Origin: a virus
Strand: one strand, 5' to 3'
IMG/VR virus record: IMGVR_UViG_3300045988_157167
Span: 1 to 64,000 of that record
DNA length: 64,000 nt
A program made the position numbers and the translations under genes. Of this stretch, positions 1-9,469 are shown piece after piece (positions within the stretch are counted from its first letter, which is position 1; the number at the start of each line of letters is the position of its first letter). The notes under the pieces were generated by a model, which searched no databases, was not told the origin of the DNA, and was given only the letters and a program-made list of their open reading frames with translations.

Positions 1-226
1 ATTTTTTTTTACCTTCAACATCTAGCATTTGAATAGTCACTGTTTTACTAAATGTATAAGGTATAAGATATTGAACATTTTTTATTTTATATCCTGTTCC
101 ACTTTTTAATGCTTCTATTTTCTTTTCAAGCTGTTCTAATAAGTTTGGATATCTTTTATAAAAATCTGTTTTTTCTTTTTTCAACCTTTCTAAACGTTGC
201 AGTGCTTCCTGTCTTTTCTTTTCCAT
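1..226 (-). CDS. hypothetical protein, C-terminus beyond window edge
   Basis: Own reading: ATG at 226-224 preceded by AGGAG. The open frame MEKKRQEALQRLERLKKEKTDFYKRY... runs to position 1 with no stop. Absent from the ORF track because it is truncated. Confidence 0.4.
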   Translation of the reverse strand, partial: MEKKRQEALQRLERLKKEKTDFYKRYPNLLEQLEKKIEALKSGTGYKIKNVQYLIPYTFSKTVTIQMLDVEGKKK

Positions 227-336
227 TATTAACTCCTGAACATAATAAAAGGACCTATAAAAGGCCCTCTTTTTTAATTTTAGGTGCGCAATATTTTTAA
301 ATTGCGAATTAATTCATTTTTGCAATAAAAAAAGAA

Positions 337-465
337 CTATTCAGTTATTAGTTCTTCGCAACCACTTTCTATAAGTATTTGTTTAACTTGCTCTTTAAGT
401 TTTGCAGGTACTTTTGCATATGTTAATTTACCTTGCATTATTCTATAAGCTAAAAATTCTGCCAT
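337..465 (-). CDS. small phage protein, 42 aa
   Basis: Own reading: GGAGGTGA RBS then ATG at 465. Product is MAEFLAYRIMQGKLTYAKVPAKLKEQVKQILIESGCEELITE-stop. It follows the upstream ORF stop (467-469) by one base and is below the 60-aa track cutoff. Confidence 0.45.
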   Translation of the reverse strand: MAEFLAYRIMQGKLTYAKVPAKLKEQVKQILIESGCEELITE

Positions 466-466
466 A

Positions 467-661
467 TCATTCACCTCCTCCCAAAGTCATCATTATTAAT
501 TCCTCAATCGCTTGTGCTTGTCTTTCTTGTTCTTCTTGAATCAAGTCTAGTTGAGTTTTAGATTGTTCTGTTTGTTCTTGTTGTTGCATTTTTTCAAATT
601 CTTCTATTTCTTCTGTTGTAGCATCTCTATATATTCCATTATCGTATATTCTATATGTCAT
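467..661 (-). CDS. small acidic coiled-coil protein downstream of tail fibre genes
   Basis: 64-aa ORF tightly packed after the fibre gene. It is Q/E-rich, and its position is typical of small fibre-associated phage proteins. Confidence 0.5.
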   Translation of the reverse strand: MTYRIYDNGIYRDATTEEIEEFEKMQQQEQTEQSKTQLDLIQEEQERQAQAIEELIMMTLGGGE

Positions 662-672
662 AATATCCCTCC

Positions 673-2142
673 TTATCTGCCATAAATCTTATAATTATTA
701 CCTTCAGCAAAGGTACCATATCTAAAAAGCAATTTATTTATACCTTTTTTATCATTCCAATTTGCTGAATTATATGTGCCCTCACTGCTAGAAAGAATTG
801 AACTATTGCATCTTTTCCAAATTAAAAATAAAACTGGATTTTCAGCACATAAATATATCGAAAATGTACATTCTTCATTTACTTGCCATAATATCGATGA
901 TAATACTAAATCAACCCCACTTGCTTGATTTTCAGAATAACTAGTTATTGCCATTCCACAATTAGATGTTCCTCCTGCTTTTCCTTTTGCTATTATTAAT
1001 ATTTCTTTATAATCATTATCAAAAATTTCCGTAATTGCACTAACAGTTTCTGTTAAAGTTAAATCTTTCAATAATTTCCACTCTTTTTCACTTCCACCAG
1101 TACCACCTTCACCTCGAGGAATACCTAAATTCAATAGAGGATTTTCTGTAGTTCCTGTAATACTCGCAGTCGCACTACTTCCACTCTCAAGTGTTTCTAC
1201 TGTACCAATTTGCAAGCTTGGAGTTGCTCCAGTATCTCCTTTTGCACCAGCTTCGCCCTTCCATTTATACCAAGTATAAGAATGTGGGTTTATTGGAGCA
1301 TCTGCATTTGCATCTACACATAAGCCTATATATGCGTTTGGTGTATCTGATATTTGTCCTGCTAACTGTGGTGCTCCTGTAGTTGAATATTTTATATGTA
1401 AATACTGACTTGTGCCCCCACCACTTGATATAGGAAGTGTTATTCCATTGCCTAATTTACTACCCTTTGAATTTACAAGTTGAAGTAAATTAGTAGCACT
1501 ATCTAATGACAAATCAGTTGGTTGGTTGTTCGCAATATCTTTATATTGTGTACTATTTTTTTCTATTCCTTCTTCTATTTTATTTAATCTTTCGATACTG
1601 ATTTTATCCCCTTTTACCCATGTAGTTTTAACATATTTCCCATCATCATCTACTACGATTAATTGTTCGTTTTCTTGTGTTGCTATTGCCAAATCTACCA
1701 CCGCCTGATTAACAACATTTACATTTCCTGATAATGTTCCAATTGAAGTTGTACAAGGTCTTTCTTGAACATGAAATTGACCTTTTATCTTAGGAATTGT
1801 CACAGCACCATCACTGTCATCAAACAAGTCAAATACTAAATCAAAATCCCCTATCTCAACTTCTTCATCTATTAGATCTTCTGTAACTTTTAAATGAATT
1901 AAACCATTTTCAACTGGAGCTATAGCATTTGCAACTTCAACCCCATTTGGTTTTATTACTGTAACTGCTGCATAAATCGCATTTGCATTTTCTATTAAAT
2001 CTCCTTCTTTTTCAAAGGCAAAACGTGCACCTTTTATTGAAAAATAATAATGTATATTTCTATTACCTCTAAATAAAAAAATGTCTTTATTTAATTTTGC
2101 TCTATTTTCATTTACAGATACTTCGTAGTTGTATTTAATCAA
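673..2142 (-). CDS. baseplate upper protein-like / tail fibre protein
   Basis: The N-terminus (MIKYNYEVSVNENRAKLNKDIFLFRGNRNIHYYFSIKG...) resembles the BppU N-terminal domain. It carries the same YLHIKYS...YIG...YTWYKWKG module as the neighbouring fibre and short G-X-Y runs. Confidence 0.7.
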   Translation of the reverse strand: MIKYNYEVSVNENRAKLNKDIFLFRGNRNIHYYFSIKGARFAFEKEGDLIENANAIYAAVTVIKPNGVEVANAIAPVENGLIHLKVTEDLIDEEVEIGDFDLVFDLFDDSDGAVTIPKIKGQFHVQERPCTTSIGTLSGNVNVVNQAVVDLAIATQENEQLIVVDDDGKYVKTTWVKGDKISIERLNKIEEGIEKNSTQYKDIANNQPTDLSLDSATNLLQLVNSKGSKLGNGITLPISSGGGTSQYLHIKYSTTGAPQLAGQISDTPNAYIGLCVDANADAPINPHSYTWYKWKGEAGAKGDTGATPSLQIGTVETLESGSSATASITGTTENPLLNLGIPRGEGGTGGSEKEWKLLKDLTLTETVSAITEIFDNDYKEILIIAKGKAGGTSNCGMAITSYSENQASGVDLVLSSILWQVNEECTFSIYLCAENPVLFLIWKRCNSSILSSSEGTYNSANWNDKKGINKLLFRYGTFAEGNNYKIYGR

Positions 2143-2159
2143 ATTAACACATCCCCTTC

Positions 2160-5120
2160 CTATTCTGTATAGTAAATTCTTACTGTTCCGTTACTTAGTG
2201 CTGAGTAATGACTTTTATCGTATGTTGATTGAATACCAAAGCCTTTTATCGTTCCGCTTTTAATTCCATTTAAAACAGTCGAATCTGTAATTGTAACTGT
2301 TCCTTTTTTGCCCCATGCTAGTGATAGTGTTTTATTACAACTAGCATAAAAACTAGGTGTTGAACTAGGTCTTCCAGAATATGTATGTGCTTGAAACACA
2401 TGAGAAGTTGATGCAGAATAACCTATATCGCTACTTCTAGTCACATCTATTTCAATTTTTGTTATATTCTTGCCTTTCACTTCAGCAAATTGTGAACCAT
2501 AGAACCAATAACCATTACAATCGCCATAACCCCAATCACCTTGTCTACATTTTCCTCTACCTTCCCAGTTATTGTAAACAGAACTTCTATATGTGTCTGC
2601 ATATTTTGGTTTAAATGTTTCAAATCTAGTTGTTGTAGGGTTTACAGTAGTTGTATTTGAACCGCTATCTTTTGAAGATGCAAAAGTAACTCCTGTAGAA
2701 ATTATTTGTCCGTTACCACTTGTGAATGTATTATTTCCTCCACCTGCTTGTTGTCCTGGATATAACACAATTTTTGCTCCTGTACCAGCATTCCATGAAT
2801 TTCCAGTCGAAAGACCAGAAGATGATTGACAATACAATTCAGTCATCGAATAAGTTCTACAATTATATTTACAACCTACAAATGATATATTTTCCATATA
2901 CACTTTTGATTTTTGAGTTGCTCCAACTCCTACAGAATTGGAATTTACACTGTCGCCATAAACTTTTAAGTTATATAGATTTACGTTAGGGCAATCAGAA
3001 AATATAGTAGTATAATAATAACTTCCTACATTATAACTAGTATAAGGCATTATAGAACCCATCGTAGTGTCTGTGGTACTATTACCCCCATAAATACTGT
3101 ATTTGGCATTATTATATATACTTCGTATAGTTCCTTTTATTGTGTTACCACATAGAAATATATTGACTAGTCCATTTACATGTCTTCTCAACTCAAGATT
3201 TTCTGTTGTATTTGAAGTTAGATAGATTTCTACTGTAAAACCATTAAGATTCAACGGTAAATCATCTAAATATTGTGAAATTGTTTCTCCACTTGATACA
3301 TAGATAGTTTTATTTTCAGAAAGTGCAGGCGGAATATCTGCTGATATCAAAGTATCTACATTTAAAGAATCACATGTAAAATTACCTCTTACATTTAGAT
3401 CCAAAATATCTAATTCCCCTTCATCAGTAATTTTCCAACCAGAACCTTCCATTAATCCGTTGATTAATATTTTCTTAGCTGACAATTGAATGTTAGAAGA
3501 TGCTATTGCTTGTATTAAGCTATCAGTCAAAGTTATGCTTGAACTTGTAGAGCCTTTTTGCACTATCCATTCAAATTTTTCAGCAGTTTGTGTTGCTGTA
3601 GATATAGCTGTTTCAGCCTTAAAATTTGCTTCCCATTCACTACAATATTGAGGGTCTGTAAATCCAACTGAACCATCAGTATAGAATATTTTATAAGCAC
3701 TCCATAAATATTTTCCTTCTATATATGCGGGTATATCAAATCTCCAGCCAGATGCCGCAAATGTAGGTGCTTGTGTCTTAGAAACATGAACAAAATATAT
3801 AGTTATTATTTTTTGTACACCTACGCCTGTATCCCCGGTAGTTCCCTGTTCACCTTTTATTTTAGCCCATGTGTAACTGTTGACTGTTGTAGGGTCATCT
3901 ATATTAAAGTCAGTGCATGTCCCTATGTAATCTCCTACATCTTCACCATTATTATTTGTAAATGTTAAACCTCCATCATTGCTATATTTAATATGAAGGT
4001 AAGTTGTTCGGCCATCTCCGTCTTTTCCTGGGATTCCTTGCTCACCTCGAGGCCCTTGCAAACCTTGAAATCTATACCATGTATATTTAGAAGGTTCTGT
4101 ACTATCTTGTTCTGTAAAATCTACATAAGTTCCGATATACTCGCTTGGAGTTTCTGTCATTTGAGAAGAGTATGTAGGATTTTCCACAGCAGAATATTTA
4201 ATATGAAAATAAGTAGTTTTACCAGATTCCCCTGCTGGTCCTTGAATCCCTTGCTCACCTTGAGGTCCCTGCAAACCTTGCAAACCTCGTGGTCCTTGAA
4301 CACCAGCCATACAAACTGCATCTCCAGTTGAACTTGTCCCATCAGCTTTGGTATATACAGTTCTTATCCATAAGTAGCTACCTTCTGGAATATTAGTAGG
4401 TACTGTTGTCGACCATGTTCCTCCTACCTGTTCAGTTTTACTTGTAGAGATATAATATTCATTATAAACTTTAGTAACTCCCTGTTTAATACTATTACTA
4501 TTATTAGCAACAGTGCTTTGTATTCTCTCTACATTTTGCTCTATTTGGGAGTATTTATCTAATGCTGCCTGTGCTGTATCTTTTGCATTTGATGCTATAC
4601 CGGATATTTCCCCAACTTGTGACGTAAATCCGTTCATATCCTGCTTAAGAGTTGAATATAACACTTTTAATTTAACTTTATTTCCATCAGCATCTTCTAC
4701 AAATCCATCAGATACTAAAGATTCTATTTTGCCATTTTGTTCATCTACTATAAGTTTTGTCTGTTTAAGTTCGGGGATTTTTTCTCCATCAATATACAAA
4801 ACACCATCTTCATCTAAATATAAAGTCGTTTTTTCTCCGTTATTCGTAAGGATATTTACTATGCTTTTTATATCAGCATCTAATTTTCTATCACTTACAT
4901 TCTTAATTTGTTCTCTTAAATCATTTTCTTTTTCTTTTTCTAGTATTCTCTTAACTTCGTTGTAGTTTTCAGTATAAGTAGCATGTGCCTTTTCTAAATC
5001 GTATTTGTCATCTTGTGTTATTTTTCTATTTGTTATAACTTTTTCAAGTAGATTTGTTAATTCATCATAACTAGAAGAGAAATTATCATGCTCTCTAGTT
5101 ATAGTATCTATATTGCTCAT
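2160..5120 (-). CDS. tail fibre / receptor-binding protein with collagen-like repeats
   Basis: 986 aa with an N-terminal coiled coil. Two G-X-Y tracts (GVQGPRGLQGLQGPQGEQGIQGPAGESGK; GLQGPRGEQGIPGKDGDG) are each followed by a TTY(F/L)HIKYS...YIG...YTW module. Confidence 0.75.
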   Translation of the reverse strand: MSNIDTITREHDNFSSSYDELTNLLEKVITNRKITQDDKYDLEKAHATYTENYNEVKRILEKEKENDLREQIKNVSDRKLDADIKSIVNILTNNGEKTTLYLDEDGVLYIDGEKIPELKQTKLIVDEQNGKIESLVSDGFVEDADGNKVKLKVLYSTLKQDMNGFTSQVGEISGIASNAKDTAQAALDKYSQIEQNVERIQSTVANNSNSIKQGVTKVYNEYYISTSKTEQVGGTWSTTVPTNIPEGSYLWIRTVYTKADGTSSTGDAVCMAGVQGPRGLQGLQGPQGEQGIQGPAGESGKTTYFHIKYSAVENPTYSSQMTETPSEYIGTYVDFTEQDSTEPSKYTWYRFQGLQGPRGEQGIPGKDGDGRTTYLHIKYSNDGGLTFTNNNGEDVGDYIGTCTDFNIDDPTTVNSYTWAKIKGEQGTTGDTGVGVQKIITIYFVHVSKTQAPTFAASGWRFDIPAYIEGKYLWSAYKIFYTDGSVGFTDPQYCSEWEANFKAETAISTATQTAEKFEWIVQKGSTSSSITLTDSLIQAIASSNIQLSAKKILINGLMEGSGWKITDEGELDILDLNVRGNFTCDSLNVDTLISADIPPALSENKTIYVSSGETISQYLDDLPLNLNGFTVEIYLTSNTTENLELRRHVNGLVNIFLCGNTIKGTIRSIYNNAKYSIYGGNSTTDTTMGSIMPYTSYNVGSYYYTTIFSDCPNVNLYNLKVYGDSVNSNSVGVGATQKSKVYMENISFVGCKYNCRTYSMTELYCQSSSGLSTGNSWNAGTGAKIVLYPGQQAGGGNNTFTSGNGQIISTGVTFASSKDSGSNTTTVNPTTTRFETFKPKYADTYRSSVYNNWEGRGKCRQGDWGYGDCNGYWFYGSQFAEVKGKNITKIEIDVTRSSDIGYSASTSHVFQAHTYSGRPSSTPSFYASCNKTLSLAWGKKGTVTITDSTVLNGIKSGTIKGFGIQSTYDKSHYSALSNGTVRIYYTE

Positions 5121-5134
5121 AATAATTCCTCCTT

Positions 5135-8100
5135 CTATAATTTCTTAGGTCTAGCACAGAATAGTATCTTATCTGTTTTGTTTTCTGTGATTAATCTTGT
5201 TTTTACCCCGTTCGGACATTGTGTCGATTCTATTGTATATACTGTACCTCCATCTTCTGTTGGTCCAATGACAATAGCTGCATGAGAACAATTCATATAA
5301 CGTCCATTCTCACCATTGTCTCTATCCCAAAATACAATGTCTCCAGCTTCCAAGTTTGAGAAATTAGTTATATCAACATCATGTAATACCCAACCATTTT
5401 TTACACAATATTCTGCTTGCTCTGCTGCGTTTCTTGGGAATGTAAATGCCCAACTATAAGCCGTGTTTCGTTTTAATGAAGTCATTTTATGATTTGCATA
5501 AGGAGAATGATCGTAATCTAATCCCATATATGTAAATTTAGTTAATGTACTACAATCTATTTGACCTTTTTTTCTAGTTGAATCATACCACTTACTTAAA
5601 TTCTTGGCTGGATTCGAATATGATGCAGGTGTTTTTACTGCTGTTGTAGAATATTGTCCTCTATACTCTAAATCTGTACGATTTAAGTATGTTTTTGCTA
5701 TTTCAGCAACTTTTTTACCACCCTTAAAAGTGTAAGGTTCAGCATATCCTTCGCCCTTATCAACAGCTACAGACCCATAGTATTTATAATCTATATTTGG
5801 ATTTGCATTGGCCATTATTATAATTCTATATCCTACGTTTGGTCGTGGCACTAATTGTCCTGCGACACAGTCAACACCTTCAAGATAACAAATTTTAGAT
5901 TGAGAGTAACTGATTTCATCCGCAGTCGTAAACATTAACCTAGCATAAAAACTTTTATCAACATCACTATTTAGCCTAAAAGTAAGTGATTTTATAGTTG
6001 TTTTTGGATAATAGTAATTTTTTGTGCTTTCTAGTACAATATCTATTACTTTTCCTTCTCGTTTTGATGCATTACCATCATCATCACCAGTATCGCCATC
6101 TCCAGTGTCTCCTCCACTTCCTGAATCTTTCTTTTTATAACCTATTGGAGTTGCTAATAATTTTTCTTTTATTGCATCATAAAAAACACTAACGCTGGCA
6201 TCATCTTTGAAGGTATAGCCATCACTAGTGTAGCTAGAATTTAATACATTTGTATATGTTTCTAATTTGCTAGATATATCTAATAAAAATACATCGTCTT
6301 CATTATCACAGAATGATTTTATTTGAGTATTATAAGTATCTATAGAAGTATTTACTGTCGAATAATCTGTATAAGCAGTTCCAACGTGCAATTCTTTTAA
6401 TATAAAAATCGGAGTGTTTCTGTATTTACTTTTTAATATAGAAACTAATGTTTTTACTCCGTTTATCCCTTTTTCTGTTAGATCATTTAATCCAAAATGT
6501 GTTAAGACATAAGGAGTTGAACTTGGATAAACTTTATCATCATCTTCAAATAACCCTTCTACTTTGCTTAACAGATTGTTATTATCGTCATAAAAATCAT
6601 ATGCATTTGCTTTTCTAACTGCTTTTATATACACCTCATTCATATCTGTTTTGTCAATAACAGGAGTTTCCTCTACATTGTTATTGTCAACCTCAACAAG
6701 GTCATAAGGTCTTAGACAGAATCCATATTTATATATGTCTGAGTAAACAGCCATATAACGAATTGCCTTTGGCCAATAATCCCATTGTCTAGCATGTGCA
6801 ACCATATGTGTGCCGTCTACTTTACCACAATAAATTAACGTATGGTGTGTAAATTTATACGCCATAGCTTTTGCTCTAGTTAATGTAGTTGGACACTCCT
6901 TATTGCACATCATTATTATGTCACCTGGTAACATATCTTCTATAGATGTTTTAGTTATCTTAAACATTGTATAACCACTTTTTCTCGTAGCATAGTCAAC
7001 AAGTGTTCCTGCTGCACATAAGGAATCACTATGGAATATACTTTTTAATCCAGCTTCACCATAACAACAAGTGACCATAGAACTACAATCATAGCAGATA
7101 GGATTTTTTATTCCGTAAAAAGTACCTTTTCTTTTGTTAGGCTTTTTAAAGTTCCAAGTACGATAACTTTGGTCATATGTTGCCAACTTATCTGTATGTT
7201 GTTGAACTATAGCTTTTGCCGTATCAACTATAATTTGTCTTATATCAGATGCACTTGCTTGGCCTGTTCCTTTTGGAGTAGATACACCAACTCCATAGCC
7301 TAATTTATTACCTTGTGCATCTTTGTAATAAGGCAATTGGCCATTTACTACTTTATACCAACATAAATACAATTCTACGTTGTTTGGAGTTCCTAATCCT
7401 TTAGTGTCTTTAAAAATTTGTCTATAAGCTGCAAAATCAAATTTTCTACTATCTAATTCCTCGTAAACTTTTAGTTTTGTCTGATTAGATTGAGAACTCA
7501 AATAATAAGAATCAACAAATGTATATCCGTACTTGTCGCACACATATTTACTTACTATCCAGTTAAGTGAGCCTTGGCCCATATTATTAGCTACTAATCC
7601 AGCAAATATATTTCCATGAGCATAGTCAATAGCTTGACGTAGTTCCCAACAACCAAATCTTATTTGATTTAGAATGTTTCTATCTACTGTTATACCGCTA
7701 AGCGTTGCATTTCCACCTTTATATGGGGTCATTGTCGAATAGCTCGGAGTGAAAGATTTAGTTGTACCATCTATATAAGTGATAGTTTGCTTTTTATTGA
7801 AGTACGTTGACCTTTCACACTGCATTAGTCCGTATCCGCCTGTTGAACCTGTAGTGCTATAAGGGTCTCCTCTACTTTCACCCATTATAACCGCGTATAT
7901 TAGATTTGGATCTAGACCAAACTTTCTAGCATAATATTCAACTATAAGATATAATTTATATTTATTTCCTGTAGATGATAAATTAGTAAGTTCTGCTTTG
8001 TTTTGATATTTACCTATGTCATATTTCTCATATAATGCTAATGCTTCTGCATATTTGTCATTAGTTTTATCAGTAGTTGATACAGTTTTAGAGTTTTTAA

Positions 8101-9469
8101 CCTGAAAGACTCTGTCATCACCAAGCCATACGCCATTCTTATAATCTGTTATAAAGATTGGGTCACCTTCATCACCTTCGTCAGGCGGAGTTGGTTTAGG
8201 ATTTACAATATTACTAATTTCGTCGAATATCTTATCGATTTCATCTTTTTCTACGCCCATTTTTTCTAAGTATTCTCTTATTTTAGCAATATCTTCATCA
8301 GTTAAATCTCCTATTCCGATGCCACCTAGAAATTCTATAACCTCTTTAATTATGTCATCATTTTTTGTAAGATTTTTTATTTTGCTTTTTACTTCTTTAT
8401 AGTTTGCTAATGTACATTTACTTTTTTTAAACCAATCCGTAAATGATAATTCTAATTCAGTTACCCTTGCTTGTAAATGCAATGGTTTTACATAATCATT
8501 ATCTATAACATAAACTGTATCACCTATATCAATATCATCAGAAAAATAAATTATATTTGTTTCATAGTCGAGTTGAGGTTCTTTTCTTCGTTGTAATTCT
8601 TTCCATGTTTCATTAAGTAAATCAGATGCATTGTCAGCATCACTTTCGTATACTCCTATTATGTAACTTCCATCATCATTATGAAAATACATATGAGCTT
8701 TTTCATCAGCAACAAAGTCTTGATTAAGTGGCTTGTCAACTGGATTTCCGTTAGCTGTTAACCATTCAACATTTCTAAAATCAACTCCATTTTGGCCGTA
8801 ACCAATAAGTGCTGAGCAAAATTCAGATAAATCTTCTTTTTTCTTAACATTATCTACATTTTCTGAATACTCAAATCTTTCATGTGTAACCTTTCCTCTT
8901 TGTCTATATACATTTATATATTGTTTATATACTTTATTATTTTTTATTTCTACCGTAAATTCTATTTCTATATTGTAAGTTTCAAGATTGTCTTGTATTA
9001 CAGTATAAATAAGTGTTGGTTTTTCAATATTAATACTTCTAAATTCATTGATTTGAGGGTCTACATACCCTAATTCAAAACTTGAATCTTGTAGAAGTAA
9101 ATTAAAAAACGTAGTTACATCACCTTGCAAAACACTTTTTCTAACAACTTTATTTAAAAGTTCAAGTCCGATGGTTTCACAATAACAAGTTTTCTTAATT
9201 AATCCGTTTGAGTGTTCACTAGATGTATTTATTATTTGAAACAATTTTATTTTATTTCTGTATTTAAAAGCGATAAAACAGCCTTTTTGTAAACTTGAAG
9301 TCCTTCCATTTGTAACTGTAGAAAATTCAAAACTTTCTGCTCCTGTGCTTAAATAAACTTTATAAATGTCATCAAAAAAAGGACTATTTGGATTAGTCCC
9401 GTTATTAGATAGCACGTCTATTATTTTTTTATTTCTATTTAAAATATATATTTCTGTAACTAATTCCAA
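5135..9469 (-). CDS. tail-associated lysin (Tal, prophage tail endopeptidase) with SLT and two NlpC/P60-like domains
   Basis: 1444 aa located after Dit. SLT motif: IYAVIMGESRGDP...GYGLMQ. Cys-His peptidase-like regions: ICYDCSSMVTCCYGEAGL...THHTLIY and QIDCSTLTKFTY...GDIVFWD...CSHAAIVIG. Confidence 0.85.
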   Translation of the reverse strand: MELVTEIYILNRNKKIIDVLSNNGTNPNSPFFDDIYKVYLSTGAESFEFSTVTNGRTSSLQKGCFIAFKYRNKIKLFQIINTSSEHSNGLIKKTCYCETIGLELLNKVVRKSVLQGDVTTFFNLLLQDSSFELGYVDPQINEFRSINIEKPTLIYTVIQDNLETYNIEIEFTVEIKNNKVYKQYINVYRQRGKVTHERFEYSENVDNVKKKEDLSEFCSALIGYGQNGVDFRNVEWLTANGNPVDKPLNQDFVADEKAHMYFHNDDGSYIIGVYESDADNASDLLNETWKELQRRKEPQLDYETNIIYFSDDIDIGDTVYVIDNDYVKPLHLQARVTELELSFTDWFKKSKCTLANYKEVKSKIKNLTKNDDIIKEVIEFLGGIGIGDLTDEDIAKIREYLEKMGVEKDEIDKIFDEISNIVNPKPTPPDEGDEGDPIFITDYKNGVWLGDDRVFQVKNSKTVSTTDKTNDKYAEALALYEKYDIGKYQNKAELTNLSSTGNKYKLYLIVEYYARKFGLDPNLIYAVIMGESRGDPYSTTGSTGGYGLMQCERSTYFNKKQTITYIDGTTKSFTPSYSTMTPYKGGNATLSGITVDRNILNQIRFGCWELRQAIDYAHGNIFAGLVANNMGQGSLNWIVSKYVCDKYGYTFVDSYYLSSQSNQTKLKVYEELDSRKFDFAAYRQIFKDTKGLGTPNNVELYLCWYKVVNGQLPYYKDAQGNKLGYGVGVSTPKGTGQASASDIRQIIVDTAKAIVQQHTDKLATYDQSYRTWNFKKPNKRKGTFYGIKNPICYDCSSMVTCCYGEAGLKSIFHSDSLCAAGTLVDYATRKSGYTMFKITKTSIEDMLPGDIIMMCNKECPTTLTRAKAMAYKFTHHTLIYCGKVDGTHMVAHARQWDYWPKAIRYMAVYSDIYKYGFCLRPYDLVEVDNNNVEETPVIDKTDMNEVYIKAVRKANAYDFYDDNNNLLSKVEGLFEDDDKVYPSSTPYVLTHFGLNDLTEKGINGVKTLVSILKSKYRNTPIFILKELHVGTAYTDYSTVNTSIDTYNTQIKSFCDNEDDVFLLDISSKLETYTNVLNSSYTSDGYTFKDDASVSVFYDAIKEKLLATPIGYKKKDSGSGGDTGDGDTGDDDGNASKREGKVIDIVLESTKNYYYPKTTIKSLTFRLNSDVDKSFYARLMFTTADEISYSQSKICYLEGVDCVAGQLVPRPNVGYRIIIMANANPNIDYKYYGSVAVDKGEGYAEPYTFKGGKKVAEIAKTYLNRTDLEYRGQYSTTAVKTPASYSNPAKNLSKWYDSTRKKGQIDCSTLTKFTYMGLDYDHSPYANHKMTSLKRNTAYSWAFTFPRNAAEQAEYCVKNGWVLHDVDITNFSNLEAGDIVFWDRDNGENGRYMNCSHAAIVIGPTEDGGTVYTIESTQCPNGVKTRLITENKTDKILFCARPKKL

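Noticed and set aside
4157-4342. Same-strand nested or overlapping small ORFs in other frames (4157-4342, 16714-16956, 58839-59024, 61586-61825).
   Set aside because: They are fully contained in, or antisense to, larger genes that have clear family signatures. They have no RBS and low-complexity products.
6150-6650. A firm SGNH/GDSL esterase domain call inside the Tal lysin.
   Set aside because: Only a GxND-like block is visible (THFGLNDL). I could not find a convincing GDS(L) nucleophile block, so this is mentioned only as a possibility.
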